A stretch of 64,000 bases of DNA from Vicugna vicugna. Its lineage: Eukaryota. Position 1 is the stretch's first letter. Each line of letters starts with the position of its first letter. This document shows, in pieces, positions 13,121 to 25,606 of the stretch. The position numbers were made by a program, and so were the translations under genes. The stretch spans positions 1 through 64,000 of the forward strand of contig MU058241.1 in the NCBI GenBank assembly GCA_013265495.1, given 5' to 3'. The notes below the pieces were generated by a model. It searched no databases and was not told the DNA's origin. It saw only the letters and a program-made list of their open reading frames with translations.

Positions 13121-14273
13121 AGAAATGAAGCAGATGGAGCCAAGCAAGTGTAATATGATCTCATTTAGATAAAAACACAAGGCTACATAGTTGTACGTGG
13201 ACAGGAGAACACGCCAGAAACAGAATCTATGATGTCACACAAAGGGCTGTTAATATTGGTTATTCTGTGAGGGAGGAGGAACTTACAACTCATTGCTTGA
13301 AGTCAGGGAGACTGGCGTGTCATTATGTATCACCCTGGAAGATGGCATGAGCTCAGGACAGGCAAAAGAAACAAAAGAATCAAGGAACAGGATCTGCTCA
13401 GAGAGGCCTTGCCCTTTGGAAGGCATGGAGGCAAAGCAGGCTGCAGAGAGTTTGGGGAGGAAGAGCCCCACCCCCACCCCCGACCACCAGGGTACAAACC
13501 AGAGCTGCAGGGAGGAGGGGCGGCTCCTGCCCCAGAGGCACAGTGATGACAGGCTGGTGTGCAGGTTGGGGCCCAGGCAGGGGGCCTGAACTTCTGGAGG
13601 GACTCAAAGGCTGATCAGTCCAAGAAAACAATGAAGCAGGTTAGAGGCAAGAGTGTAGCCAAGGGTGCTGGCGGAGGGCCAGCTATCGTCACACTGTGTA
13701 CATTCAGGGGAGCAACTGAAAACCCTACAGAAACCAACAGAAACCAAAACCAAGGGGCCCCTAAGCAGATGCACTAAAGTGTTAGGCTCCCAGCAGCCAC
13801 CCCCACCCCCTACCCCTCAGCCAGTCTAGAAACACTTTCCATGACAAGGTGAGTGCAGGAAGCAGCCCCTCCCATTACAGACACTCAGAGTTTTTAAGAG
13901 TCTTTATTCCAGGTCAGCATCCTTCTCTCTCCTTTCTCAGTTCTTGGGGGACCAGATAATTATGAAATGTGATTCCCAGGTCAAAGCCAAGGGGTGGCCC
14001 CACATACTTCTGCCTACATTGTCATTAAGCTGTTTATTTGTACATGAATACTTCTACTGGAATTTCTTTTCCCTCTAAAGTTGCATCCAAAAATCTTGCT
14101 TATCCTTTGCTTTAGAAAACTCCCTATTTCCCTGGAATGCATGACAGGATGGAAAGATATCTGAACTTCTTTTTTTAAGTCTAATGGGGTTCTTAGTTCT
14201 TCAGCTTTACCAAGTCTTCATTGAAATCTAAGTAGCTCATTTAAAACTATCACCAGAGTCAAAGCTACTAAGG

Positions 14274-14490
14274 CAGGGTCCCTGCCCTCAGCACTACTGA
14301 CCTGTTGGGTTGGGGAATTCTTTGTTGGCATGCGGGTTCCATCCTCTGCCTTACAGGGCGTTTGGCAGCACGCCTGGTGTCTACCCACTAGATGCCGCGG
14401 CACCCGTCCCCATCTGTAACAACCAGAAAGGTCTCCAGACATTGTTCAGGGTCCCCTGGGAGCAAAACTGACGCTGGTGGAGGACCACTG
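14274..14490. mobile_element. MER20 hAT-Charlie element, near full length
   Basis: cagggtccctgccctcagcactactgac...tctacccactagatgcc...tgtaacaaccagaaaggtctccagacattg...gagcaaaactg...ggaccactg. Confidence 0.85.
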
Positions 14491-14996
14491 GGCTAAGGTA
14501 TATCCCAACCAAGATGGAACTTCGGTCAAAGCCTAACTCAGTGCCATGAAAGAAACGAGGAGGGGATTCTGAGATGAAAGACGGTGGGGGCACAAGGGGA
14601 TGACCACCCTGTGGTTGCATCCTGGGTTGTCCAGGCACTGACCCAGCCCTGCAGGGGCAGCCCCTTCCCCAGACGCCTCGCCTGCCCAGTGCGGCCCTTC
14701 ACGCACAATTCCCCACTGTTAACATGACCCTGTACGTGCGAGGAGCTCCTCCAGATTCTGAGCTAATTTCTTCCCACACAGTTCCACGCTGATGGTTCCA
14801 TGGTGAGTGCTGGCAACCAATCCATCACGATCCTGATCTTACGGGAAAACTGAGGATCGATGTCTATTACCCACACCTTTCTCCCCTCCAACCTGTCTCT
14901 GGGCAGAGGTCGGGGAAGGTTCCTAAGTAGGCTCTCACCATGTGGCAAGCTCACCACACTCAGAGACTTGTTCTGAGCAAAGAGAAATCTACAGAG

Positions 14997-15652
14997 TCCC
15001 ACTCCTGGGCATATATCCAGAGGGAGGTAACTCTAATTTGAAAAGATACATACACCCCAATGGTTATAGCAGCACTATTTACAATAGCCAAGGCATGGAA
15101 ACAACCTAAATGTCCATCAACAGATGACTGGATAAAGAAACTGTGGTGTATTTATACAATGGAATACTACTCAGCCATAAAAAAGAATAAAATAATGCCA
15201 TGTGCAGCAACATGGATGGATCTGGAGATCATCATTCTAAATGAAGCCAGTCAGAAAGAGAAAGAAAAATACCATATGATATCACTTATATGTGGACTCT
15301 AAAAAAGAAGACAAACTTGTTTACAAAACAGAAACAGACTCACAGACATAGAAAACAAACTTATGGTTACCAGTGGGAGAAGAGGGTAGGAAGGGATAAA
15401 TTGGGAGGTCGAGATTTGCAGATACTAATATATATCTATAATAGATAAACAACAAATTCATACTCTATACCACAGGGAACTATATTCAGTATCTTGTAGT
15501 AACTTACGGTGGAAAAGAATATAAAAACGAATATATGTATGTTCATGTATGACTGAACTATTATGCTGTACACCAGAAATTGACATAACATTGTAAAGTG
15601 ACTCTACTACAATAAAAAATATATATATATATATAAAGTTAAAATAAAAAAA
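14997..15652 (+). mobile_element. 5'-truncated lineage-type LINE-1 (ORF2 end plus full 3' UTR and A/TA-rich tail)
   Basis: ORF 15060-15302 (IAALFTIAKAWKQPKCPSTDDWIKKLWCIYTMEYYSAIKKN...) is typical L1 ORF2 C-terminal sequence; inserted into an older L1M 3' UTR. Confidence 0.92.
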
Positions 15653-15843
15653 TTTGACAGACAGAAAGGAGCTTAGGAGCTGCCTGTGGCTGGGAGCTGG
15701 GTGTAGGAATTGATGGCAAGTGAACATGACTGATCTTATCAGGAAGAATGAAAAGGTTCAAAAGTCAGATGATGATGATGATGACTGCACTACTCAGTAA
15801 ATTTACCAAAAATCATTGAATTGCACACTTAAAATGGGTGATT

Positions 15844-16223
15844 ATTTCAACACCTTTATTGTGGTATGGTTCCTGTACAGTAAACCACACATATTTTAGA
15901 TGTACACTTTGATGAATTTTGATAATGTATACTCCCATGAAACCACCACCACAATCAAGATAGCTAACATTTCCATCACTCCCCAAGAAGTGCAAATTTT
16001 GACTTCCCAATTTACCCCTTCCCACTGCCTCTACCCACTGGTATTCATAAGTTTGTTCTCTATGTCTGTGAGTCCGTTTCTGTTTTGTAAATAAGTTCAT
16101 TTGTGTCCTTTTTTTTAGATTCCATGTATACATGATTATCATATGGTATTTTTCTTTCTCTTTATGACTTACTTCACTTAGAATGACAAACTCCAGGTCC
16201 ATCCATGTTGTTGCAAATGGCAT
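15844..16223 (-). mobile_element. Chimeric L1 insertion: young L1 segment 15991-16223 fused to an ancient L1M 3' end 15848-15990
   Basis: Perfect 15-bp TSD ttaaaatgggtgatt at 15829-15843 and 16224-16238; 15991-16223 aligns to the plus-strand L1 at about 15195-15420. Confidence 0.8.
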
Positions 16224-18831
16224 TTAAAATGGGTGATTTTTATGATATGCAATCTATACCTCCAAAAATCAACTTGATCTTAAAGGGATTTAGAGTTCCA
16301 TGTTAAATTAATCACCACAAGCAGCCATCTACAGCAATCCAAAGGCAAAGCAATCATCTATGGCAAACCCGGACAACACAAAGTCTCACATAGCTTGCAG
16401 AAGGAATGACAGCCCAACCCGAACCTACAACGTGCCCAACTCAATTCAACACGCTATACGAGCTATAGATGGCCAAACGCTACCAGCTGATCAACATGGA
16501 GAGAAACTCCACTTGGATGAACATCTGTGCCGCCAGAAACTCACACAGAAAAATACACGCTGTCCAAATACAGAACATTCAATGGAAAAGCAAACACGAC
16601 AGGAAATTCAAGAAGGTTGAACATTTACTTTCAGATAGCATAGCAAACTATGAACCAAGCCCAAACTTCCCTTAAAGCAAACACTAGCAGAAAAGTGGGA
16701 CCCCTAAAATACCCCTCTATTGTGCCAGGGACTGAGAAAATTAAAATTTACAAAGGACAGCCTAATCTCTGTGTTTTATGTTTAAACATGAACTGGGGAA
16801 AAGTGAAAACACACAGTCTCTGTTTTCAACTAGCTTCTCTGAAAATACGTCCAGGACAATCAAAGAATTACCAAATGGAACTGGAAACTTTCCAACTATT
16901 GGCTGTACTGACTGAGAGAAAAAGGAAATAATACCTCCATGAGGAAATCTTACCCCACATTCAGTTCAAGCATACTAACGTAATTAACCAGGGTTATATA
17001 ATTTTGCTAACTTCAGATTTCCAATTATAAAGCTTCACATACAATTACTTAAACTACAACTGATTTTTATGTCTGTGGAAAAAATGAAGACAGCTAATTT
17101 GAACAACCCAGTCTTCCCAAGGGGAAGGAGTTGCTTTCCTCGATAGAAATTACGCAAAGGGTAATTCACAATGCTACAAACTCATTTGTTTTCATATTTT
17201 CCCTTAAAGGTTAGCAGCCTCATAGATTCAGTGTCCCAGTGGCTTTTACCGTTTGGCCTTACTGTTCCCCTACCCTCCTGCTCCATACACCTACCCTTAA
17301 GTTCCCAGAATGTATACACCCATCTCTGCACTTTGCGAGTACACCAGGTATGTGTTTAGGAAACAAAACCAACTTCTGTGCCCGCTTCTGCAAAGAGTCT
17401 AAGGGTAGGGCTGTACTCTGATACATCTCTGAAACAGTATTTGGGGTAATTTCGCTGCCCAATAATCAAATGAACAATTATTAGCAAATCATCCACCACA
17501 AAGATGGGAAAAGACTTGTCCAGAGTGGCAGTGATTCATTAGCGTCCGGCTGACCTGCTTACAGTACGAAGTCAGGACCTGAACAAGATACAGAACCTTC
17601 CCAAAGACTCCCATTACAGCTAAATGTGCTTAAACGAATGGATTCCTGGAGAGCAGAGACAAAGGTGCCTAACGTAGATGTTAGAAATTCTACTTCCCGT
17701 CTCTTCTCTCTTTGCAGTAGGTGCCTTCTGAATATTACCATTAAGAGAAGCAATCTGATTTTATCAAGCAGGAGATAAATACATCAGTTTACCAAAGGAC
17801 AAATGAATGTCGACGTGGGTCCTGACGAGCGCTGACGACGCATGGCACCCGGCGCCCTGCCACTTCGAGGACGTGACCAGGAACGTCAGCTGCAGGCTTC
17901 TGGGCGCCGGGTGCCTGTCCCCGCCTCCCTCTGTTCACGAGCTGCACTGCACACCCAGCATTCGCAAAGGGGAAAACGGACGCGACACCCCAAATCATAC
18001 CCAAAACCCGAAGCTGAAATATCCATCATTTCCAGTTAAACAAATAGGCTTGGTGGGGTAACCCCGGAGCTACTTATGGTTGACGTTTAGTCTCATGAAA
18101 ACCAGACCTTCATCCATTCTCAGCAAATGAGCTCAGCCTGAGACCCTAAGCTCGGAGGTGAGTCCCATTTCTCACCTCCACAGCCCACCATGTGGCCTGA
18201 GTCGTGAGTATAGTTTTTGTATTTATTGACTCTCTGTGACACCAGCAATACAGCATCAACTAAAACGACAGTTTTCTCTGTTAAAAAGCCTCTCACGTGA
18301 AATGCAAAAAAATGATAACAATAGTAAAACAAACATGATGGATGAAATATGTCCCTGGAAAAAGAAATAACAACAAATAAACAGGCAGCCTGAAGGCACC
18401 CAAGGACTTTCTCACAACCTAGTTCCAGCGCTATCTCATGCTGCCATCTTTTCAAGTCTGAATCACTTATTCAACAAAAAGCCTGGTTTCTTGGGAGCCC
18501 CGAGGGCATCCATCAATGAAAGCAGCTGATTTATAAACAGAATTAAGTGATTACGAAAACACTGTGGCGTCATGAAATGCTTAAAAAGCACAGCATTGTT
18601 CCAAAGGTTCCTCGTGCACCTGCAACCGAGATACTGTCATCTGGTTCTGAAACACAAATATTTTTTCAGCTTTAAAAACATGCAAAATCCAGTAGACCCA
18701 AAATATGCACAGTACCCTGTCACTGTATGTTCTTTCCTCCCTAAATCACATCCTTAACACTGCATCCTCTGGAGCAATGTCCAATCTTTAAGCTGGCAGA
18801 TCTCAGTCATTTAACACATATACGTGTACGT

Positions 18832-18832
<1 letters not shown>

Positions 18833-18868
<36 letters not shown>
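18833..18868 (+). repeat. (CA)n microsatellite
   Basis: Directly visible, about 18 units. Confidence 0.97.
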
Positions 18869-18871
<3 letters not shown>

Positions 18872-21800
18872 CCTATGGCAGCTGAAGACAGAGGGAAAGG
18901 GGAACATATATGTGTCCCACTTTATTCAGGGACTTCACTATCAACCTCTCTCATCACCTCTGGGGGCCTCTCCAGGATCTTTAAATGCTTTATTTTTCAT
19001 TGCATATCCCTCTGGGTGAACACGTTTTAAGCACTAACCCCAACTCACGTAACGTATTAACTATAGATAACACTCACCTAATGTTATATGCATTTTTCAT
19101 AGACCACAAATAGACGTTTTGTAACTATTAGATTTAAAAAAAAATAAATGGACAACTTAAGTTTCTTCCTGCACTCCAATAAAACTCACTGTGCACCTGC
19201 CAGAGGACATGAAATCCACCTGGAAGCCCACTTTGAAAATTAAAACCTGAAACAAGGCATTTCTGTCCCTCTCTGCCCCCGCTAAACATGGAGACTCTTG
19301 GTTTCAAGCAAACATACTCAGAGGTCCAGAGGTCTGTGAAATTTATCAGAGTCCCATGAAATTTATCAGGCAAGTCTCATTTCCACAGGTCTCTCCCCTT
19401 GTTTTCATAAGGTCTCCAATAATTTCTGTCGTGCACTGGACACATGAGATCATTAATTCTTATTTTCACCACCTTCTGAGCTGGGTACCCCTCCAACGCT
19501 ATTCTCCTGGCTAGGCTTTTTGAAGAATTACACTATAGATCCTTGGAAATGGTTGAACTTGGCATAGAAACATCGTCCATCTTAGAAATACAACCCTAAT
19601 GTGGTATTTTTCCATAATCAAATTAGGAGTTAAACCAAAGCGTGTCTCCCAAGACTGACCTATGGCTGTCAGGGACTGGCAACCGTTGTTTTTAAGTTGA
19701 TAAATGTGAATACTTACTTGAGTCTTTACCTACACAGGGCTGGCATTCAAGTTTCAAGGATTAAAATGCCTGATAAGATTCTGTTGGAAAAAGAGTCTAA
19801 GGCTGGGACCCAAGTTTAATCTGTCTCCCAAATGAACCAAATGGTAGAGACAACAATTCTCTGGTCAGCTGAAATACAACCTAAAACTCGGCAACCATGT
19901 GGAACTCTGCAAATGCTGAGAATTACGTTTGCACAGTGGTGCTACAGATTTCTGCATCACATGAATTGGATAACTGCCCTCCACCCTCCTTTCTCACTCC
20001 TCATCTTCAATCGGATGTCAAGGTAACAAGGGTACCTGGACCCTTGGTTAAGACTAAGAATTACCCGCAAAGCACTAGAAACAGAAAGCACTGCTCAGTT
20101 ACACACAGACTTTCTCCAGTTCTTAATCATGGTTCATGTGGTCTTACCATAGTAAAGTATTTGTTATTACTGATCAAAGAATTAAAATGGCAACACATAT
20201 AGTATGCTTCTTTTACCCAAATTTCCATCTATGAAGAAGTTCAAACAAGCAGAAGTGTTTGCAGAATTGGACGCCGGATGTTCACAGACTCTACAGCCGG
20301 ATGGCAACAGGCAAGTCTGTAACAGTTACGCATCAAGCTATCCAACAAGGGGGACAGTGTCCCTCTAGCCTCACTGCAACATGGATGCATTTGGGGGTCC
20401 AGATCTCAGGAGGCGTGAGCAAACTGTTCAATATCCTGGCAAGAGGTAAGGTGATCAGCCTGGAGGGGGTGGGGGGAGAGGGGGTGGCGGCCCTCAACTC
20501 CCCAGCCTCTGTATTCCACCTGGGAGTTGGCGGCAAGTGTTCCAGAAAGGAAAGTGCTCAGGGCTGGCTATCTGGGGTCACATTCTGAGTTCCAGGCTCA
20601 AGAGAAGTAAGCAGAGAACACTCATGTTTTCTTTTAAGCATTCCAGCTACATCTACCATGCTAGGAAAAACTGACAGGAATTCAAGGCAGTCACTCTCTT
20701 GAAGAATAAACACTGTGAATTTTGCCGTGAGCATTGTTTGTGCTTATTTTACAGGGTCTCCTGAGACTGGGAAACCACAACAATCATAAGAATTACTCGG
20801 AGGCACTCAACAGCCTAAAGTATCTTCTGAATTGCTGTGTTTTTTTTTTTAAGTAAAATATGCAACTGACTTAGCAATGTTAAGTAGAATATTGCTTATT
20901 TTAATCATGCATAAACGACAGTCAAAGCACGGGACATAGTTTACCCAAACTTTCAGTTAATATAAAACCACTAAATTTCTTAACCTACAAGTCTTAAAAA
21001 AAAAAAAAGTCTACCCAACATTTCAGTACTGTCCCTTTCCATGATTAAAATCCACACATGAGAAGCATGGGAGGCCTCAAGATCAGCTCATGAAGCCTTT
21101 GACTCTACGTGTGAGGACACACACAGGTCCGACAAGTTTACACACGCAGACAGAACACCCGAGGCAGGAGGTAAGTGGCCAAAATGCCAAGTCGGGGATT
21201 CTCAAAAAAAACGTGCCATTTCTTATTAGATTGCAAATAGTGAAATTACGACCCAAGGTAAAATGCAAGTTAACAACCACACAGAAATACAGATACCAGA
21301 ATTTGTTTTATTTCTAGAACAAACTAATGTGGCAAACACAACAGGATATTTTCAGCCTGCTTTACGGTCACATTATTAACCTACAGGGAAAACCTTGCCT
21401 CTTGTGTGTCCTGTTTTTGAAACTAAAGACAACTTCAACCTACTGCAGTATTTCACACTTTAAATGTCTTTCCATAGTAATAGAAACTATCTCTGAAAGT
21501 GCACCCCAAAATGCCTCATCGCAACTAATTAGACAGCAAAAATGAACCAGCATTGAAGAGGAGCAAGACTTAGGCAGCTCCAGCAAGACACCTGGTATTT
21601 TCTCACTGTGGCTTCAAACAAACAGTAAGAAGCTATATGTTTGGTTTTTCCTTGCTTTTGATAATATCCACGGCGCAAAATCATTCTGAGGAAAGCACAC
21701 TGGCCCAAGTGTGCTAAAGTATAAAACTCATGTGTCAAGAGAGGTGCTGAAAGGGTGGAGGGATTCTCCATGAGGCACCTCATCCTGAGATAAAATGTGA

Positions 21801-23199
21801 TTACCAAGACCAGGAAGCAGGCGCCCGGCCTGGGGGCTGGGGGCTCGGGGAGAGGGAGCACCATGGACGCCTCTGGGGTAATGGAATCCAGCTGTCCTCT
21901 ATCCTGCGTATTGGTGGTGGTTATAGACATTTAAGCACGTGCTTAAGTTCATAATTTATCTACAGTAATTCAGAAAACAGAGTCTCTCTATATACACACG
22001 TTATATATACTATATACACATACATACATGCATAAAGCGTCTGTGTGCATGTATGCCAGCCCTGAAATTTAACTTAAGGGGAAAAAAGATAAGGCAAGCA
22101 AGCGATTGCTGGAGACCCCCCTAACTGATAAAGATACATTACTATTATCTGTGCATATTTCCACACCAAATTCCCACCTTCAGACTAGAGGAAAACATAA
22201 GCACGCAGGGCTCCAAGCACGATACTAATCCTCTCTCCTCTAATACAATAAGCCTGAGAAATAAATACGTTTCCTTTGCTCTCTCAGTGAGAAAACTAAC
22301 ACCTGAGAAGGTAACTGATTTGTCCAAAGACGCAGTCAGTGCATGGTGGGCTGGCTGCCAAGTTGACACAGCCATGTCAACTGCCCCCTGACCACCAGGA
22401 GCCCAAGAGGCCCCTGCCCAGGCTGGGCTTGGCGGGGTGGTCACGCGACAGGGGCTCAGGAGGACCAGATGTGGGTGCCAAAGGGGCCAATCCTTGGAAG
22501 AGGGCCCCAACCAGGAAAATGCAGCTTCGTGCCCAGCTGCCGCCAGCCGTTCACAATCGTAGGAAGGGACCGAGACCTAAGCAGCACCCAAGAGTCCTGC
22601 AAGAGTCCTGCAAGCAGCAAATACCCTAGACACTGATTTGCCCTCGCCCTCCTGAGCACCCTGCACGGTGTTGGAGTCTCCCCCAATCCAGGGTAACCAA
22701 CATCTCGCTGGGCACAGAAAAGGTCCGAAAACATCAGACGGGCTGGGTTTTCTCCTGATAAATACCCACGTCCCAAGAAACTGACCCAAAGTGAGACCGG
22801 CTAAATCTGCAATGACATCAGCAACACCAACAGGAAGAAGCTGGTACCGGGAGGGGGAGCGTGGTTCTCTAAAATACTTGGGTTGAGGAAGAGCTTCAGC
22901 AACTAGCAGCCGCCCCTCCCCCAAAACCTCCAGCAGTGCTGCCCCTGTTAAATCTGTGTTCCTCAAAGTCCATGCACTTCCCACCTCCTCCTTTCCCTTC
23001 TCCTGTGAGTGCCTATGTGGTCACTTACTGCCTAAGGTATCCCAAATTAGCCTCCCAGGGAAGGGGGGGAGGAGCCCTAAGAACTACAGAACTGGGTATG
23101 TATCTTTCCTTGCCATCCACCTGCCCGTGGACCTCGCTCCAAACTGGACTGTAGAGTTGATGGTACACTTCAGGTTTGGTGTCTCCACCTTTGTACCAC

Positions 23200-23376
23200 C
23201 GGCATTTGGGGTGGGGGCTGTCCTGTGCACCATGGGATGTTTAAGCAGCATCCATGGACCCACCAGATGCCAGGAACCCCACCATCCCCCTCCCCCGACT
23301 TGCGACAACCACAAATGTCTCCAGACATCGCCAAATGCCCCTAGACAGCAGGGGGCAAAACTGGCCTGAGAACCAT
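23200..23376. mobile_element. MER20 element (3' part)
   Basis: ggggctgtcctgtgcaccatgggatgtttaagcagcatcc...accagatgccag...gacaaccacaaatgtctccagacatcgccaaatg...ggggcaaaactggcctgagaacca. Confidence 0.85.
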
Positions 23377-25069
23377 GAGTCAACTCCAAGATTCTAGCAT
23401 TCAGTGGTGAAAATACGGTTTCAATAAACAACTGCCTTTTCTACCCCCGTCTCTGAACACTTCCCTTTCTCTTAACCCTGCATGTCATGCCCCATCTCCA
23501 CCTCTCTGTTCCCATCTGCCAAGAACAAGCCAAGCCATGCAAAGGGTACCAGACTTCCTTTGTAAGATAAAAATATTCTCTCCTCTGTTTTTAAGTTTAA
23601 ATTGGCTCCAATTTAATTTTCCAATGGCTTTCAGGTCACATCTGCAGTCTTCAGTCAGGCAGTGGATTCGCAATAAATATTTGATCGCAGTGATGATACA
23701 CAGAACGGCTTCGCAGGAGGCTGCCACTGGGTGGACACAACCACCTTCCGTCAAGTTCCTGGTTCCCTGGTCAGTAAGACACCCAGGAAACAAATTCCTT
23801 AATGACTGTATTTTCCCCTTGAGGTTTTAAACTCATTTCCTCAGAGCAGGCTCTTGTTCCCTTTATAAACATGTTGACTCTGTTTGTCTCTTCCCACATC
23901 CAGCTTTTATTTTGGTTTTGTTGGGCCTCGTTCTGACAATGTGTCCAGGGTCATCCATTTGGTAGGCCGAGCCTCACAGAAAGGATGGAGCGGAAGGGCC
24001 AAGGAGGGCAAGACCCAAGGGGAGGGTTCACATCCAGCCTCCACTCAAAGGGCCAGTTACTTCCGTCACGCTAAAAATAGTTATGGGAAAAAAAAGTTTA
24101 TCTTTCCTACTTAAAAAAAATGTTTACAAAATGACTTCAGTCTTACTTCCTGATTGAAACTATTTTTTAAATGTCTTGGGTGATGAAAGATTGACAACTT
24201 ATTGGATGTTACTTTTTTTTAGGGAGAAAAAGGGGGCAAATGCAAGGTATGGGGACACCACGCCTAGGACAGTCTCAGGGCATCATCGGGCAGAACAAGA
24301 GTGCTTGTGGTGGAGCCCTGGAAATGCCATGTGCGTGGAGCCCCAGACTCTGACCCAGGCACAAAGCTGGGAGAAGGGGATGCCGCAGGGTCGGGGTAAG
24401 GGGTCCTCCTCCCCTACAGGTATCTGAGAGAGGATGTGACTTCCTGCCGCTCAGGACCCATGGGAGATGACTTTTCTGGGCCTGGCCTCCCTCTGCAGGG
24501 ACCCATTTTCCGCCTCTGTAAGAGAATCGTGACTAGGGCAGGTGTCCCAAAGGCCAACAGGTAACAGCAGTCCTCAGAGAGACCAGTAGTGAGGACGAGG
24601 GGCAGAAGGGATCTGGAAGTCAGCTCTCTGACAGGCTGTGAAGTCAGGTTTTTCCCCATCCTCATTTACAAATAAAATTTCTATTCCGTAGCTATAAAAA
24701 ATACAGAAGACTATGCAAAGAACACCTCAACGAAGTAATAAAAATAACATCCTGACTCAGGGACCGGTGTACCAGAAATGGCTAGCACCTAGCTCCTTTT
24801 TAAAAAATACTTTGACTATTGTGAAGTCTCACTTTGTTGGAAGGATTTCTTATCAGCCTTTTAATTACAGAGGATTTCAATCTCAAGAGATTAAACCTTA
24901 ATACTGAGGACATAAACTTGGTGGGGAGAGAACCTACGTTGCCCATAGCAGGGGTTTACACATGGCCTACGTCTCAATTACGCACGTGGAGCCTCACTGA
25001 TGGCAAGACCTTGGGCTCCCCACCATCCCAAGATATGTTCCCTGCAACACATTCAGACAGGCAACGTGG

Positions 25070-25150
25070 GGACTGGCTACACCATTTTTCAGATGGGAAA
25101 CTAAGGCACAGAGACACTAAATGCCTTATGTCCAAGGTTAAACACTGCGT
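25070..25150. mobile_element. MIR core fragment
   Basis: ccatttttcagatgggaaactaaggcacagaga...tgtccaaggtta. Confidence 0.65.
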
Positions 25151-25431
25151 AAGACTCTGGGTTGACTTCTGGTTTTCTCATTCAAAAGTGATCCAAACCA
25201 CGTGAATATAAAACCACAGTTGTCAATCTCACTGAAACTCACTGAAATCACTTTCCTAAACTGCTGGCTGAAATGGGTCTTTCCTTCAAAGATCTACCTG
25301 TAAAATATTTAAAACTCTTATAGCCTCTCCTCTTCCCCCACAAAAAGCAGACTAACTCTCTTTACTGTTTTCTTTATCAATCCTTGCAGTTACTACAGAG
25401 TATCACCCTCCTTAGTACTTTCTGCAAGTTC

Positions 25432-25606
25432 TCCGCTGTCCAAGATGGTAGCCATGAGCTACAAGCAACTACTGAGTATGTGAATTATGGGTAGAGCACA
25501 GAAAGAACAGAACTGGTAATTTCAATAACAACAGAATCGTTACTGAATTTATATTAACTTGAATCTAAATATGCACATGTGGCTTGTGGTTACCTATTGG
25601 ACAACT
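25432..25606. mobile_element. MER3/MER33-like hAT-Charlie MITE
   Basis: Terminal inverted match tgtccaa...ttggaca; gatggtagcca...cacatgtggcttgtggttacctattggaca. Confidence 0.65.

Noticed and set aside
15060..15302. ORF with real protein similarity (also 15813-16223 and 40992-41174)
   Set aside because: These are remnants of the LINE-1 ORF2 end in truncated elements, not host genes.
22590..22615. Short perfect tandem duplications (caagagtcctg x2; also a 10-mer at about 25228 and a 14-mer at about 38246)
   Set aside because: Ordinary slippage microduplications with no sign of function.
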